From Craspedostauros australis (lineage: Eukaryota), in NCBI GenBank assembly GCA_030167865.1, contig JALAGF010000236.1, positions 1 to 64,000 of the forward strand: a DNA stretch of 64,000 nucleotides, in the 5' to 3' direction. Shown piece after piece: positions 49,497 through 60,023 of the stretch; position 1 is the first letter of the stretch; every line of letters begins with the position of its first letter. The notes beneath the pieces were generated by a model, which did not search any database, was not told where the DNA came from, and saw only the letters and a program-made list of their open reading frames with translations. The translations under genes were made by a program, and so were the position numbers.

Positions 49497-50730
49497 CAAT
49501 CTTCAGCGCATTGTAACAAGGTCTTATCGTGACGTGGGTGTACAAGCGCGCAGGAAAAGGCAGAAGAAACTGGCATCAAGCCAGGCGAGTGTTGGATCAT
49601 CGCTCCTCTTCACCAACCTCGACACAGTCAGCATAAAATGGAAACACGAACGAGTCTGAAACTGCACTGTCCTTCCATGTGCAGACAACAAACATTCCTT
49701 GCGTCAATCTTCAGCCGAAACACATACTCACCAACAATACTGACCGGGATGTGCTCCTCGGAAAAGGAGATGTGCAACGATGTTGTGGATGTCGGTAACC
49801 CTTCAGCCGACTACGCTCCAAGAAAGGTGGTCCACGTGCGCTTCCACAACTTTTGCAGGCTGTCTGCTGTTCCAAACAAACGGGTGCACTCTGAGTCGTT
49901 CCACTTCCAAGGCTTGGAATGGTACCTGCGGATTTATCCAGGAGGTCAAAACAAAGACAAGACCAGCAATGAAGAATCGCACATTGGAGTATACTTATTG
50001 CCAAGTACGAATTCGTGGACTCAAGATGCGACCTGCACTATCAAGTTCACGATCGCAATCACGAAAATGAATCACAATCATGAAATGGAGTGGCACACTT
50101 TCGACAAGAAAAGCGACGGACGGGGATGGAAAGAATTCGAGAAGCGAAAGGATGTGCTGGAAAATGGGCGCAACAACGACACTCTCACGTTCAAGGTAAC
50201 GCTCGAAGGTTGAAACATGCATTCGGCCGCTCAGCTTCGGCAGATCAAGACCCCTGCAAGGTGGCGATCATCATCAGCAACAACAGCAACAACAATGACG
50301 ACGACGACGACGGCGAGATCGGTCGTGGCTGGATGTCATTTTGCAGGGGTCTATTCCTCTACTCTCAGCATACAGCCATCCTAATGACAAGAGCAGAACT
50401 GTGTTTACATACACGTAATCGCAAATATTATAGTGTAATAATCAATACGCACGTCACGCCTGAACGTTCCGCCACGAAGACTCGCGAAAGCCCAATGTCA
50501 ATTCCTGAGAGTGCACTCGTACTCGTGTGATTCCAGAGAGCAATCGAATACGCTGAGGCATCGCATGCTGTCCAACGAGCATCGCATTATGACATCTTTG
50601 GAATGTAATGCGTCCGATGGTGCCGTGTCCTTCGCCACGCTCAGCCTCCTCGTCCCAATAGATGTTGTCTCTGTTTGCTCTCCTCTCCTCCATTCAAATC
50701 ACGCAGTCGCACCAACTCCTCACAGCATGG
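49497..50730 (+). repeat. Tandem segmental duplication, copy 1
   Basis: Aligns by eye with 51111-52450 at an offset of about 1616 nt; covers the MATH gene and flanks. Boundaries approximate. Confidence 0.9.
49770..50213 (+). CDS. MATH/TRAF-domain-only protein, paralogue 1
   Basis: F.FQGLEWYLRIYPGG, HIGVYL, IKFTI, HTF....GRGWKEF and DTLTFKVTL. An alternative in-frame ATG lies at 49638. Confidence 0.8.
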   Translation: MCNDVVDVGNPSADYAPRKVVHVRFHNFCRLSAVPNKRVHSESFHFQGLEWYLRIYPGGQNKDKTSNEESHIGVYLLPSTNSWTQDATCTIKFTIAITKMNHNHEMEWHTFDKKSDGRGWKEFEKRKDVLENGRNNDTLTFKVTLEG

Positions 50731-51110
50731 TCCGTTGTCGCAAACGCAGCCTGTTCTGAGCGGCAGACGGGGCAAATGAACAACAGACAGAAAGAAAAAC
50801 AAAGAAGGAAACCCAAATCTGGGAGGAGTTCGCATCCGCTCTCGTGCTTTGGCCTGCACACATGCGTTACGACGCATTGGGGGGAGGGGGACATGCACCA
50901 GGACGCACAGAGCCACTTTTCCCCCGTACCCACCGCGTAGGCCACCCCACCAGGAAGATGCTCTCAGGCACACAGATGGCAGTCTCTATTGATTTGCTGT
51001 GAGTGGTGTAGCCGTATTGCTGATGCGCTCCTTGTTGTGAGCCAGATCGTGGTTGCATGCCATGAATCAGCCACAAGCACCCCAACTTGTTGGACTTCAA
51101 ATCTCGCTCT

Positions 51111-52450
51111 CAATCTTGATCGCACTGCGACCAGGTCTTGTCGCCACATGGGCGTACGCAAGTGCACAGGAAAAGGCAGAAGAAACTGGCACCAAACAAG
51201 GCGAGTGTTGGATGTTCGCTCCCCTTGACCGACCTCGACACAGTCAGCATAAAATGGAAACACGGACGCATCTGAAACTGCACTGTCCTTCCACATGCAC
51301 ACGAGAAACGTTCCTTGCGTCAATCTTCAGCCGAAACACCTACTCACCAACAATACTGACCGGGACACGGTCCTCGGAAAAGAAAATGAGCAACGGTGCT
51401 GTGGATGTCGGTAACCCTTCAGCCGACTACGCTCCAAGAAAGGTGGTGCACGTGCACTTTCACAACTTTTGCAGGCTGTCTGCCGTCCCAAACAAACAAG
51501 TGAACTCTGAGACGTTCTACTTCCAAGGCTTGGAATGGTACCTGCTGATGTATCCAGGAGGTCAAAACAAAGACAAGACCAGCAATGAAGAATCGCACAT
51601 TGGAGTATACTTATTGCCAAGTACGAATTCGTGGACTCAAGATGCGACCTGCACTATCAAGTTCACGATCGCAATCACGAAAATGGATGCAACCTGGAAA
51701 TCGGGGTGGCGCACTTTCAGTAAGAACGGCTACGGACGGGGATGGGACGAATTCGCGAAGCGAAAGAATGTGCTGGACAATGGGCGCAACAACGACACTC
51801 TCACGTTCAAGGTAACGCTCGAAGGTTGAAACATGCATTCGGCCACTGAGCTTCGACAGATCAAGACCCCTGCAAGGTGGCAATCATCAGCAACAACAGA
51901 AACAACAATGACGACGACGGCGAGATCGGTCGTGGCTGGATGTCACTTCGCAAAGATCCATCCCTCTACTCTCAGCATGCAGGCATCCAAATGACAAGAG
52001 CAGAACTATGTTTACATACACGTAATCGCAAATATTATTAATCAATACGCACGTCGCGCCTGAACGTTCTGCCACGAAGACTCGCGAAAGCCCGATGTCA
52101 ATTCCTGAGAGTGCACTCGTCCTTGCATGATGCCAGAGAGCAATCGAATACACTGAGGCATCGCATTCTGTTCAACGAGCATCTCATAATGACATCTTTG
52201 GAATGTAATGCGTCCGATGGTGCCGTGTCCTTCGCCACGCTCGGCCTCCTCGTCCCAATAGATGTTGTCTCTGTTTTGCCCTCCTCTCCTCGCTCTCTCA
52301 TTGACTTGCCTGCACTAACGCCAACATCACCATTTTCTATTCGACTCGACCCGACTCAATCCAAGGCAAGGCAAGGACAAATTGACCAACAACACACGCT
52401 CTCAGTTCATTCAAATCACGCAGTTGCCCCCACTCCTCGCAGCACAGGTC
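51111..52450 (+). repeat. Tandem segmental duplication, copy 2
   Basis: Matches copy 1, with an extra ~115 nt at about 52292-52407 absent from copy 1. Boundaries approximate. Confidence 0.9.
51386..51829 (+). CDS. MATH/TRAF-domain-only protein, paralogue 2
   Basis: Same 147-codon length and MATH motifs as paralogue 1. An alternative in-frame ATG lies at 51254. Confidence 0.8.
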   Translation: MSNGAVDVGNPSADYAPRKVVHVHFHNFCRLSAVPNKQVNSETFYFQGLEWYLLMYPGGQNKDKTSNEESHIGVYLLPSTNSWTQDATCTIKFTIAITKMDATWKSGWRTFSKNGYGRGWDEFAKRKNVLDNGRNNDTLTFKVTLEG

Positions 52451-52899
52451 GCACCCAGCACATGTGGGTGTTCTTGATGCTCTCTCTGGATTTTCCACGT
52501 TTTGCGTTTGTGTTGGTGTTGGGGCTTCGCTTCTTGTGCGGGTGATCGTGATGTGCTTCAGCCACGAAACACAATCAATTCAGTCCCGTTACTCTGTGTC
52601 GCCTCTCATTCACGACCGAGCGAGAATCATGACCACCACGAATTTCGACGGACATCATTTCTTGAGTTGATGTTGTTGTTCTTCTCGCGTTTGTGTTCAT
52701 CTCCATCTGGGGCTTGACTCTGCGTTCGTGTAAGCGCCAGGTGGCGGAACTCGACATGGCCCACCATCAGCCTCTGCGCGAACGGCAACACTGACAGGCG
52801 ACATCAACAAGCTCAGATAGCGTGGACCCATCCCTCGTCCTCCTGCCATAGTGCCGACCATACTCGCGCAATACCACTTCGATCACTCAGACTCTGACG

Positions 52900-54480
52900 A
52901 TGAAACACCAAAGGAAGCATGCCACACAGCCACCAGCATTGACGTTTCTGGTCGTTGCCTTGATGGCAGTGTGCCAGATTGCGTCCGAATCAGGCGGCGT
53001 TGCTCAAGCCTTCGCACCTGCAGCACCATTTGCAGGACGAAGCGTCGCAGACCAATCATACCAACAAAAGCATCAACAAGAACAGCCGTCTTCTTCGTCT
53101 TTCCTGTTTTCTTCTCTGAAAGAAGTACAGGGTGAAGCGGCCACCCAAGAAGAAGAGGCGGCACAAGAGGAAGAGTTCGTGGAACTCAGCAAGGAAGAGT
53201 TTGAGTCCAGACTGAACGAACAGCTGGAAAAACTGCGCAAAGTTGATGAGACTTCGATGGAACTGACCAAGGAGGTGAGTTATTATACAAATCAATCAGT
53301 TCGTCAATCATCGCGTTGGATCGAATTGGATTGGTCATGCAATCAATGGGTCGATTGACCGACGCACTCCGAACACTTGAAGGACCAATGCATTGCCCGC
53401 ATCTGCGCCAATCACTCGCATTCATGTTCCATTGGAAGGCTCATCAAACCAATTCGTGATGATCCATCCAACCATCTTCCTTCCTGCATATTTCGCTTTT
53501 TCGGATGACGATCAAACTATGATGTTGACGACTGTGATGTTGATGACGATGCTGGTGGGCGCGACAATCAACTCTCCAATCTCAAAACTATTTTGACTCA
53601 CAATGCTCGAACTGTGTTGCACACTCTATCGACGTACCACATCATTGAATACTGCTCCAAAATCCAGAGCTTGGACGTCGTCTTCGAAGATAAGGATCTG
53701 ATCGTCATCAACAAGCCTTCTGGTGTGCTGACGTTGGGTGGAAAGGAGAAGCACCCTAACCTCGCTGATGCCACATTTGACAACTTCGAGGTCAATTTGC
53801 CCACTGCCGATCACATGATCGTGCAACGCCTGCCGATGGACGTTTCGGGCGTCATCGCTTTGGCAAAGAACATGGATGCCCTGCGCAAAATGAACGGCGC
53901 CTTCCGCGAACGCAAGGTGGAGCGCAAGTACGAAGTGCTGGTGTGCGGCCACGTCAAAAAGTCGGAGGGCATCATCAGTCTGCCTTTGATGCGGGACTAC
54001 GAATGCCCACCATTCGTGCGCATATCCACGCTCGATCACCAACGTGCCTTGCTGGTTCTGGAGGAGCAGGAAGGTGTGGCGAAGAAGTACCTGGAGATGC
54101 CGAAGGACTGTCGGACGCAGTACCTGGTCGAGTCGCGAGAGGAACTGGAAGGGCAGCCCGTCACCCGGCTTTCGGTGACGATGCACACTGGCAGGTACCA
54201 TCAGTTGAATTGTCACATGGCCGCCCTGGGTCATCCCATCGTGGGCGATACGCTCTATGGCATCGACGGCGATGCGCTTCCAAATGGTGGATTGACAGCC
54301 GAAGAACAGGACGCGCTGATACCCAACCGAAGGCGAGCTACGGAGGAGATTCAGCGTGCCATCAGCGAAATTGCGAAGGACAAGGACATGGGCCCGTGCG
54401 TGCATCACAAGTCGATCCAGTTCAGCCATCCGCTTGACAAGTTCGAGACCATAAACTTTGTTTCGGAAGCGCCGTTCTGA
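52900..54480 (+). CDS. Plastid-targeted RluA-family pseudouridine synthase-like protein lacking the catalytic Asp, 2 exons
   Basis: Leader ending AQAFAP; exons 52900-53274 and 53668-54480; motifs FED.DLIVINKPSG, QRLPMDVSG, V.R.YEVLV.G and TGRYHQL..HMAALGHPIVGD.LYG. Confidence 0.85.
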
Positions 54481-54950
54481 GCAGTGGTCGGCATCTTTGT
54501 CACAACGTAACTGTCGTTAGAGTGTGTATGATCAGCTTGGATCGAACAGACACAACCCGTACTTCGGATGAAGCAATGGGATGCGCCAGACTACTCGTAT
54601 TGCACGGGTGGTGTGCTCGCTGTTTGTCTTGCCGTCTCGTCGCGAAAACTTAACCAAGCATTTTTTCAAACAGAAGATCAAGGAAGATCGCAATTGGCAA
54701 CTTTACGACGGGGAGATAGGAAGTACGAGTAGACCAGATCACTCCACTCGACTTGCTCTGGGAGCGTAATAGGTTGGAAACGACTATTCTTCCATAGAGT
54801 ACTCGTAGTCGTGTTTCAACGTTTTTCCGTGCCTTGCAGCAAACTGATTGTATTAGTCGCAGAGCAGCTGTATTTCAGGGATTCTTCTTGCGCCATTTCC
54901 GCTTCCGCTTCCCACTTCATTTTCCATCTTCGTTCCATAACTCTGCATAC

Positions 54951-56195
54951 CTACTCAGATGGCTTTGCCTCAGCATCAACCTTGGCGTCTGCCGTGGACA
55001 ACGATTCCAAATCCAAAGTGGGCGGACTGCCTGGCCTGTACAACAGAACGGTGTGTCCAACTGCTTGCGTGACATGCGCCTTGAGCTCGTCCGCGATCCT
55101 CGTTCCCAGCTGCTTCGCAAGCTTCTTCTTCCCCACCGCCTTGTTGAGCCGCATGTTGACCACTTCGTGCTCCCACAGCAAGTTGTCCAGCTGTTCCATC
55201 CATCCAGCATCGATCTCGAGCTCATCTGTGGCTTCCGGAGTCTCGGCGCGTTCGCCGCCCCAATTGACAAGCACCAGGCTGCCATCGGCCTTGCGCTTTC
55301 CTGCGTACGCGCGCAGCGCACGGCGCTTGGAACCAGTCATCGACGCGTACTCATCCTCATCGTCTCCCGCTCGCGGCGTGATGCGCTTGAGGAAGGAGGC
55401 GGCGACCTGACCGCATTCCCAGCGCGTGCTTCCCGTCGCCATTTCGACTTCGACGCCTGCCGTTCGCAACAAGGTGACGCCACCGCCGTTCACCTTGGGA
55501 TTGGGATCGCGGAAGCCCACAACGACGCGATTGACCTTGGCGAGTGCCATGGTTTCAGCACAGGGTGGCGTTTGACCATGATGGCAGCAGGGCTCCAGCG
55601 TGACGTAGGCAGTGACGTCCTGGTCGGCGAAGACATCGCCGAACAGCTGCGCGGGTCCGTCCTCTTCCGACGTGTACTTGGCAGCGATATCAGCAATCTC
55701 CTCTGATGGATTGCCTTGCACGACTGCTGTGGCGGCCGCGACACCGCTGTCGATATGCTGCGATGCCTCCAGCAAGGCGAAGATCTCGGCATGGGGAGAT
55801 CCGGCCTTCGGGTGAAACCCGGATCCGATGACCTCGTTCGTATCCTGTCGCACCACCACACACCCGACGGCGGGATTGGGATACGTGTGTCCCACTCCCT
55901 TCTTGGCGCATTCGATGGCCATGGTGAGATACTCTTCATCCTGCTTCGACAAGTTGAGCTTCGTGGCCGAACTCGCATACATGCGTAATGACCTGTCACC
56001 ATGGTGCTTGTGATGTGATTGTGATTGGTCCCATCGCACGGATGATGCTGCTGCCGGTGATGCTGGTGCTGGTGCTCTCACGAACGTTGATGAAATGATG
56101 CTTCGCCTGTGAGACAGTGCTGTCCTCGCCGTCGTTTGAAAAGATGAAACTCTTCCGCAGAGCAAACCGTGGAACGAAAGTATCGCCATTGCCAT
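54951..56195 (-). CDS. ribD: Plastid-targeted RibD/PyrD pyrimidine deaminase fused to a CRM (CRS1/YhbY) RNA-binding domain
   Basis: Leader MAMAILSFHGLLCGRVSSF; deaminase motifs PNPAVGCV, HAE, TLEPCCHHGQTPPC and DPNP; C-terminal MTGSKRRALRAYA...LWEHEVVNMRL...IADELKAHVTQAVGHTVLLYRP matches the CRM pattern. Start may be at 56222. Confidence 0.85.
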   Translation of the reverse strand: MAMAILSFHGLLCGRVSSFQTTARTALSHRRSIISSTFVRAPAPASPAAASSVRWDQSQSHHKHHGDRSLRMYASSATKLNLSKQDEEYLTMAIECAKKGVGHTYPNPAVGCVVVRQDTNEVIGSGFHPKAGSPHAEIFALLEASQHIDSGVAAATAVVQGNPSEEIADIAAKYTSEEDGPAQLFGDVFADQDVTAYVTLEPCCHHGQTPPCAETMALAKVNRVVVGFRDPNPKVNGGGVTLLRTAGVEVEMATGSTRWECGQVAASFLKRITPRAGDDEDEYASMTGSKRRALRAYAGKRKADGSLVLVNWGGERAETPEATDELEIDAGWMEQLDNLLWEHEVVNMRLNKAVGKKKLAKQLGTRIADELKAHVTQAVGHTVLLYRPGSPPTLDLESLSTADAKVDAEAKPSE

Positions 56196-56836
56196 CTTGT
56201 ACTCGTATGCTTTCATGTTCATCGCTCGAAGTCGACAGAGGAGTCTGCGGTTGCTGGTGAAGGCGCTGTTTGTGGATGCGTTGGTGTTGCGGGTTGGGAA
56301 AGCTTCTCTCTCCGATGCCTCCCTCCCTGTGCCTCCTCGGCCTCTCTTTGCCTCGTTTGTCTCGTTTGCCTCATTGTGATGTTGGTTGCGTGTTGTTTGA
56401 CAGAACGTGGTGGTGATGGCTTCTTGATGGCCTTGATGGGTTTGTTGGTTGGTTGTGGAGGCGTCGACGTCATCGTGGCTGATGGGCAACTTCGCCAAAC
56501 CATGGAGAAGAGGATATGATTGGGTCAAATTGGTCAATAGTCTTGATCACATGAGTCGTAGCGAATCACATCATGCCGACGTCACGAGGTTGAACTTCCA
56601 GATACACGCTCAACCACTCACCACCGCGCAAAATCGCACACAAGAAGCAACAGAATGCAATGAACGAACGGCACAACCCAACACCCAGCGAAAGGATCTT
56701 CTCTGCGCACTGCTTCCGCAACAGGATCACAAATCCAAGGCCCGTTTGGGAACGAGGAAGAGACTGTTGGAACGGATCGACAGAGCACAACACAACGCAA
56801 TTCACGCAACATTTATTGTTACCTGCGTCCACGATC

Positions 56837-58630
56837 ATGAATCCACAGAGACAAACGCTGTCGCCGTCATGCACGGGGCTTTTAATGATACTCGCTCTTG
56901 CGGCGCCAGGCATCTCTTTGCTGCGCCCAGATCGGGCATCGGCGTCTCCATGCGCATCTGCATTCGCCCCACCGCAGCAGATGCAGCAACAGTCGCATTC
57001 CCGTGGATCGCCATCCTTCGTCATCAAGACCAACACCAGACCGACGAGATTATTTGAAACCGCGGACGATGGTGCAAACACTGACGGCGCGGAACTGCCC
57101 CGTATCCCAAACGAATGGCAGGGCGATGTGCTCGGGGCCCTGAAGGCTGTCATTGATCCAGATCTCAACCAGGACATCGTCACGTTGGGTTTCATCAAGA
57201 ACCTGACCTTGGACGAGGCAACTCGCGACGTGTCATTCGATGTGGAACTGACGACGCCCGCATGCCCCGTCAAGGATCAATTCGCCGCCGACTGCGAACG
57301 TCTCGTGATGGATCTGCCATGGACGAAGAAGGTCTCGCTCACCATGACGGCGCAGCCATCGCAGATGGACACCGCCGATCTGGGCATGTCGCAGGTGGGA
57401 GCGGTCATCGCCGTGTCGTCCTGCAAGGGTGGCGTCGGCAAGTCCACCACCTCCGTCAACCTGGCCTACGCTCTGCAGGCCTTGGGCGCCAACGTGGGCA
57501 TTTTTGATGCGGACGTGTACGGTCCGTCCCTGCCCACCATGGTCAAGCCCGACGATGACATCGTGCGCTTCGTCGGACGCCAAATCGCACCGCTGCAACG
57601 CAACGGTGTCAAGCTGATGAGCTTCGGGTACGTCAACGAAGGTTCGGCCGTCATGCGCGGTCCCATGGTCACGCAGCTGCTGGATCAGTTCATGAGCGTC
57701 ACGCATTGGGGAGCGATGGATTATCTCATTCTGGACATGCCGCCGGGCACGGGAGACATCCAGCTCACCTTGACGCAGCGTCTCAACATCACCGCAGCTG
57801 TCATCGTGACCACGCCGCAAGAACTGAGCTTTGCGGATGTCGTGCGCGGCGTGGAGATGTTCGACTCCGTCAACGTGCCCTGCGTTGCGGTCGTGGAGAA
57901 CATGGCGTACTACGAGAGCGACGTGAAGCAGCAGATGGAGGAGGAACAGATGAAGGCAGCATTTGCCAAGGTGCTGGAGGAGAAGGGCATTGCCCTCAAT
58001 GGGAGCGTGGATTCTGTTGCAAGCGACCTCTTCGAGGCCGTGGTGGACAACACCAAGACTGAAAAGGTGGAGATCTTCGGACCGGGACACAAGGAACGTC
58101 TCTCCACCCAATGGGGCATCGAGCACACCTACTCCATGCCGCTGATGAACAAAATCGCTGCCAACGGAGATTCCGGCAATCCCTTCATCCTCGAGCATCC
58201 CGACAGCCCGCAAGCCGTCATCTACATGGATCTCGCGAAATCGGTCGTCAGCGAGGTCGCAAAATCCAAATTCAAGAAGAACCGACCGGATATCAACTTT
58301 GATGCCGACGACCACCTCATCAACGTCGACGACGATTCGATTGCTCCGGCGGAACTGCGAAGGGCCTGCCGATGCGCCGCCTGCGTGGAAGAAATGACGG
58401 GTCGTCAGATCCTCGTGCCATCCAGCATCCCCGACTCCGTCAAGCCCTTCAAGATGGCCCCGACCGGCAACTACGCTCTGTCGGTCGATTGGAGCGACGG
58501 TCATCGATCGCTGTATCCCTACCGCCAGATCAAATCCTTGCTGCAGAGCAACCGTGAGGAACAACAGAAGCGAGAAGAAGAAGAGGAGGAGGAGAAGAAG
58601 AAGAACGAAATGGAGCCCCAGGAGGCATGA
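56837..58630 (+). CDS. HCF101: Plastid [4Fe-4S] scaffold HCF101 (DUF59 + Mrp/NBP35 ATPase + DUF971)
   Basis: ASAFAP leader; VIDPDLNQDIV.LGFI, LTTPACPVK, SSCKGGVGKSTT, DADVYGPSLP, DMPPGTGDIQLT, LRRACRCAAC and GNYALSVDWSDGH. Confidence 0.95.
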   Translation: MNPQRQTLSPSCTGLLMILALAAPGISLLRPDRASASPCASAFAPPQQMQQQSHSRGSPSFVIKTNTRPTRLFETADDGANTDGAELPRIPNEWQGDVLGALKAVIDPDLNQDIVTLGFIKNLTLDEATRDVSFDVELTTPACPVKDQFAADCERLVMDLPWTKKVSLTMTAQPSQMDTADLGMSQVGAVIAVSSCKGGVGKSTTSVNLAYALQALGANVGIFDADVYGPSLPTMVKPDDDIVRFVGRQIAPLQRNGVKLMSFGYVNEGSAVMRGPMVTQLLDQFMSVTHWGAMDYLILDMPPGTGDIQLTLTQRLNITAAVIVTTPQELSFADVVRGVEMFDSVNVPCVAVVENMAYYESDVKQQMEEEQMKAAFAKVLEEKGIALNGSVDSVASDLFEAVVDNTKTEKVEIFGPGHKERLSTQWGIEHTYSMPLMNKIAANGDSGNPFILEHPDSPQAVIYMDLAKSVVSEVAKSKFKKNRPDINFDADDHLINVDDDSIAPAELRRACRCAACVEEMTGRQILVPSSIPDSVKPFKMAPTGNYALSVDWSDGHRSLYPYRQIKSLLQSNREEQQKREEEEEEEKKKNEMEPQEA

Positions 58631-60023
58631 ACAGAAATAAACACATGAATGAACAAATGCATGGATGAATGAATGAATGAATGAATGCTGGAGTCGCTGC
58701 ACGACAGAATCGATTACTCTGCCAACGGAACAGACTGAACGACGCAGACTTGGAAGCCGCTGACCACTCTCTGAAGAATTTAATTCCACACTTTCCATCA
58801 GCACTTTGTTGATTATATTGTACACGTGGAATAGTGTGTATTGCATGTTCCTGACTCTCCCACCACACGTTTCGATGGTGTGCGATCATGGCTGACTTCA
58901 CAGACCAGTGCCAGTTGCATCTCGCGCAACAACAACCCTCGAATGATGACGCTGCAATTGAATACTGCACCTCCCACACACAAACATCAAGGAGGAGAGA
59001 ATCGAGCACTATACTCGTCGAGTTCACTCGGTTTCAATTGCCATGTGATGGTGCGCCTCTCCTTCTCCGGCCACGTCAACCGCCAGACGCTGTTCTCTCC
59101 GTGTTTTTTTTTGGCGCCAACACACTTTGGATGTGGTCACAAAGTTTGAAAGTTGACATGCGCGACTCGTGGCAGACACCTTCCGCAATGAGGCAAATTC
59201 CCATCTTGCTCATTCTTTACACTCTTCTTGACACTCAACTGCACAAACGACAACATCACGACCAACGGGAGTTTGAACGTAGATGAAGATCTTTCCTGAA
59301 CTTGGAGAACACAAGGCACAGTCATGAAATCAGTAGGGACAGTGTGGCACGGTGTATGTGCGTCGGCATCGTTGGCGCCACTTTTCTGAAATTAGAAACA
59401 ACCAATGCTGCCAAGAGAAAGAGAGAAGAGAGAGAGAGCAGAGCAGAGAAGAGAAGGAAGCGCTTCAACGAACATCGCCAAAGGAGAAATCATGAGGGAA
59501 AGGAAATGACGCAGAGACGGGTAGAAAGAGGGAACGAGTCGATGATTGAACGAACAAGAGGTCAAGGGGTATCCCGCTTCTGGGTGCGAGGATAACACGC
59601 CGGGTACAACACGATGGAGACGTCATACTCGTATGAAGATTGATGCTGAAGCTCTTGCTTGATGGCAGTTGCACACCAATGCTCACATTCACAACCACAT
59701 TCACTACCACAATCACAAGCACAAGCACAATCACAAGCACGATCATAGTCGAGCCATGCTCTGAAAGCAAGACACACAAAAAGTATCCAGGTTTGACAAA
59801 CCAAAGGAAACTCACTCTCCCCCTTGCTCTCACCCTTACTCTCATCCTTAATATCCAGCACAGTCTCGAGCAAAGTCGCACACTCCATTATACTCCCAAA
59901 CTACCGTACCTCCTATTCTACAACATTTGCCACAAGTACCAAACGGAAGCATTTGGCGTGTTCGACGCACAAAGACAGTGTCAACCCAACTGTAGAGTAA
60001 CAGTCCCCCACGAAATCAACACG

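Noticed and set aside
50070-51778. Diversity-generating retroelement-like template/variable pair in the MATH copies
   Set aside because: Only about 14 of 25 differences in the variable patch are at adenines of copy 1, both copies are full genes within a larger duplication, and there is no reverse transcriptase in the window.
57233-58846. 537-aa antisense ORF
   Set aside because: Shadow of HCF101 caused by codon bias; no recognisable motifs.
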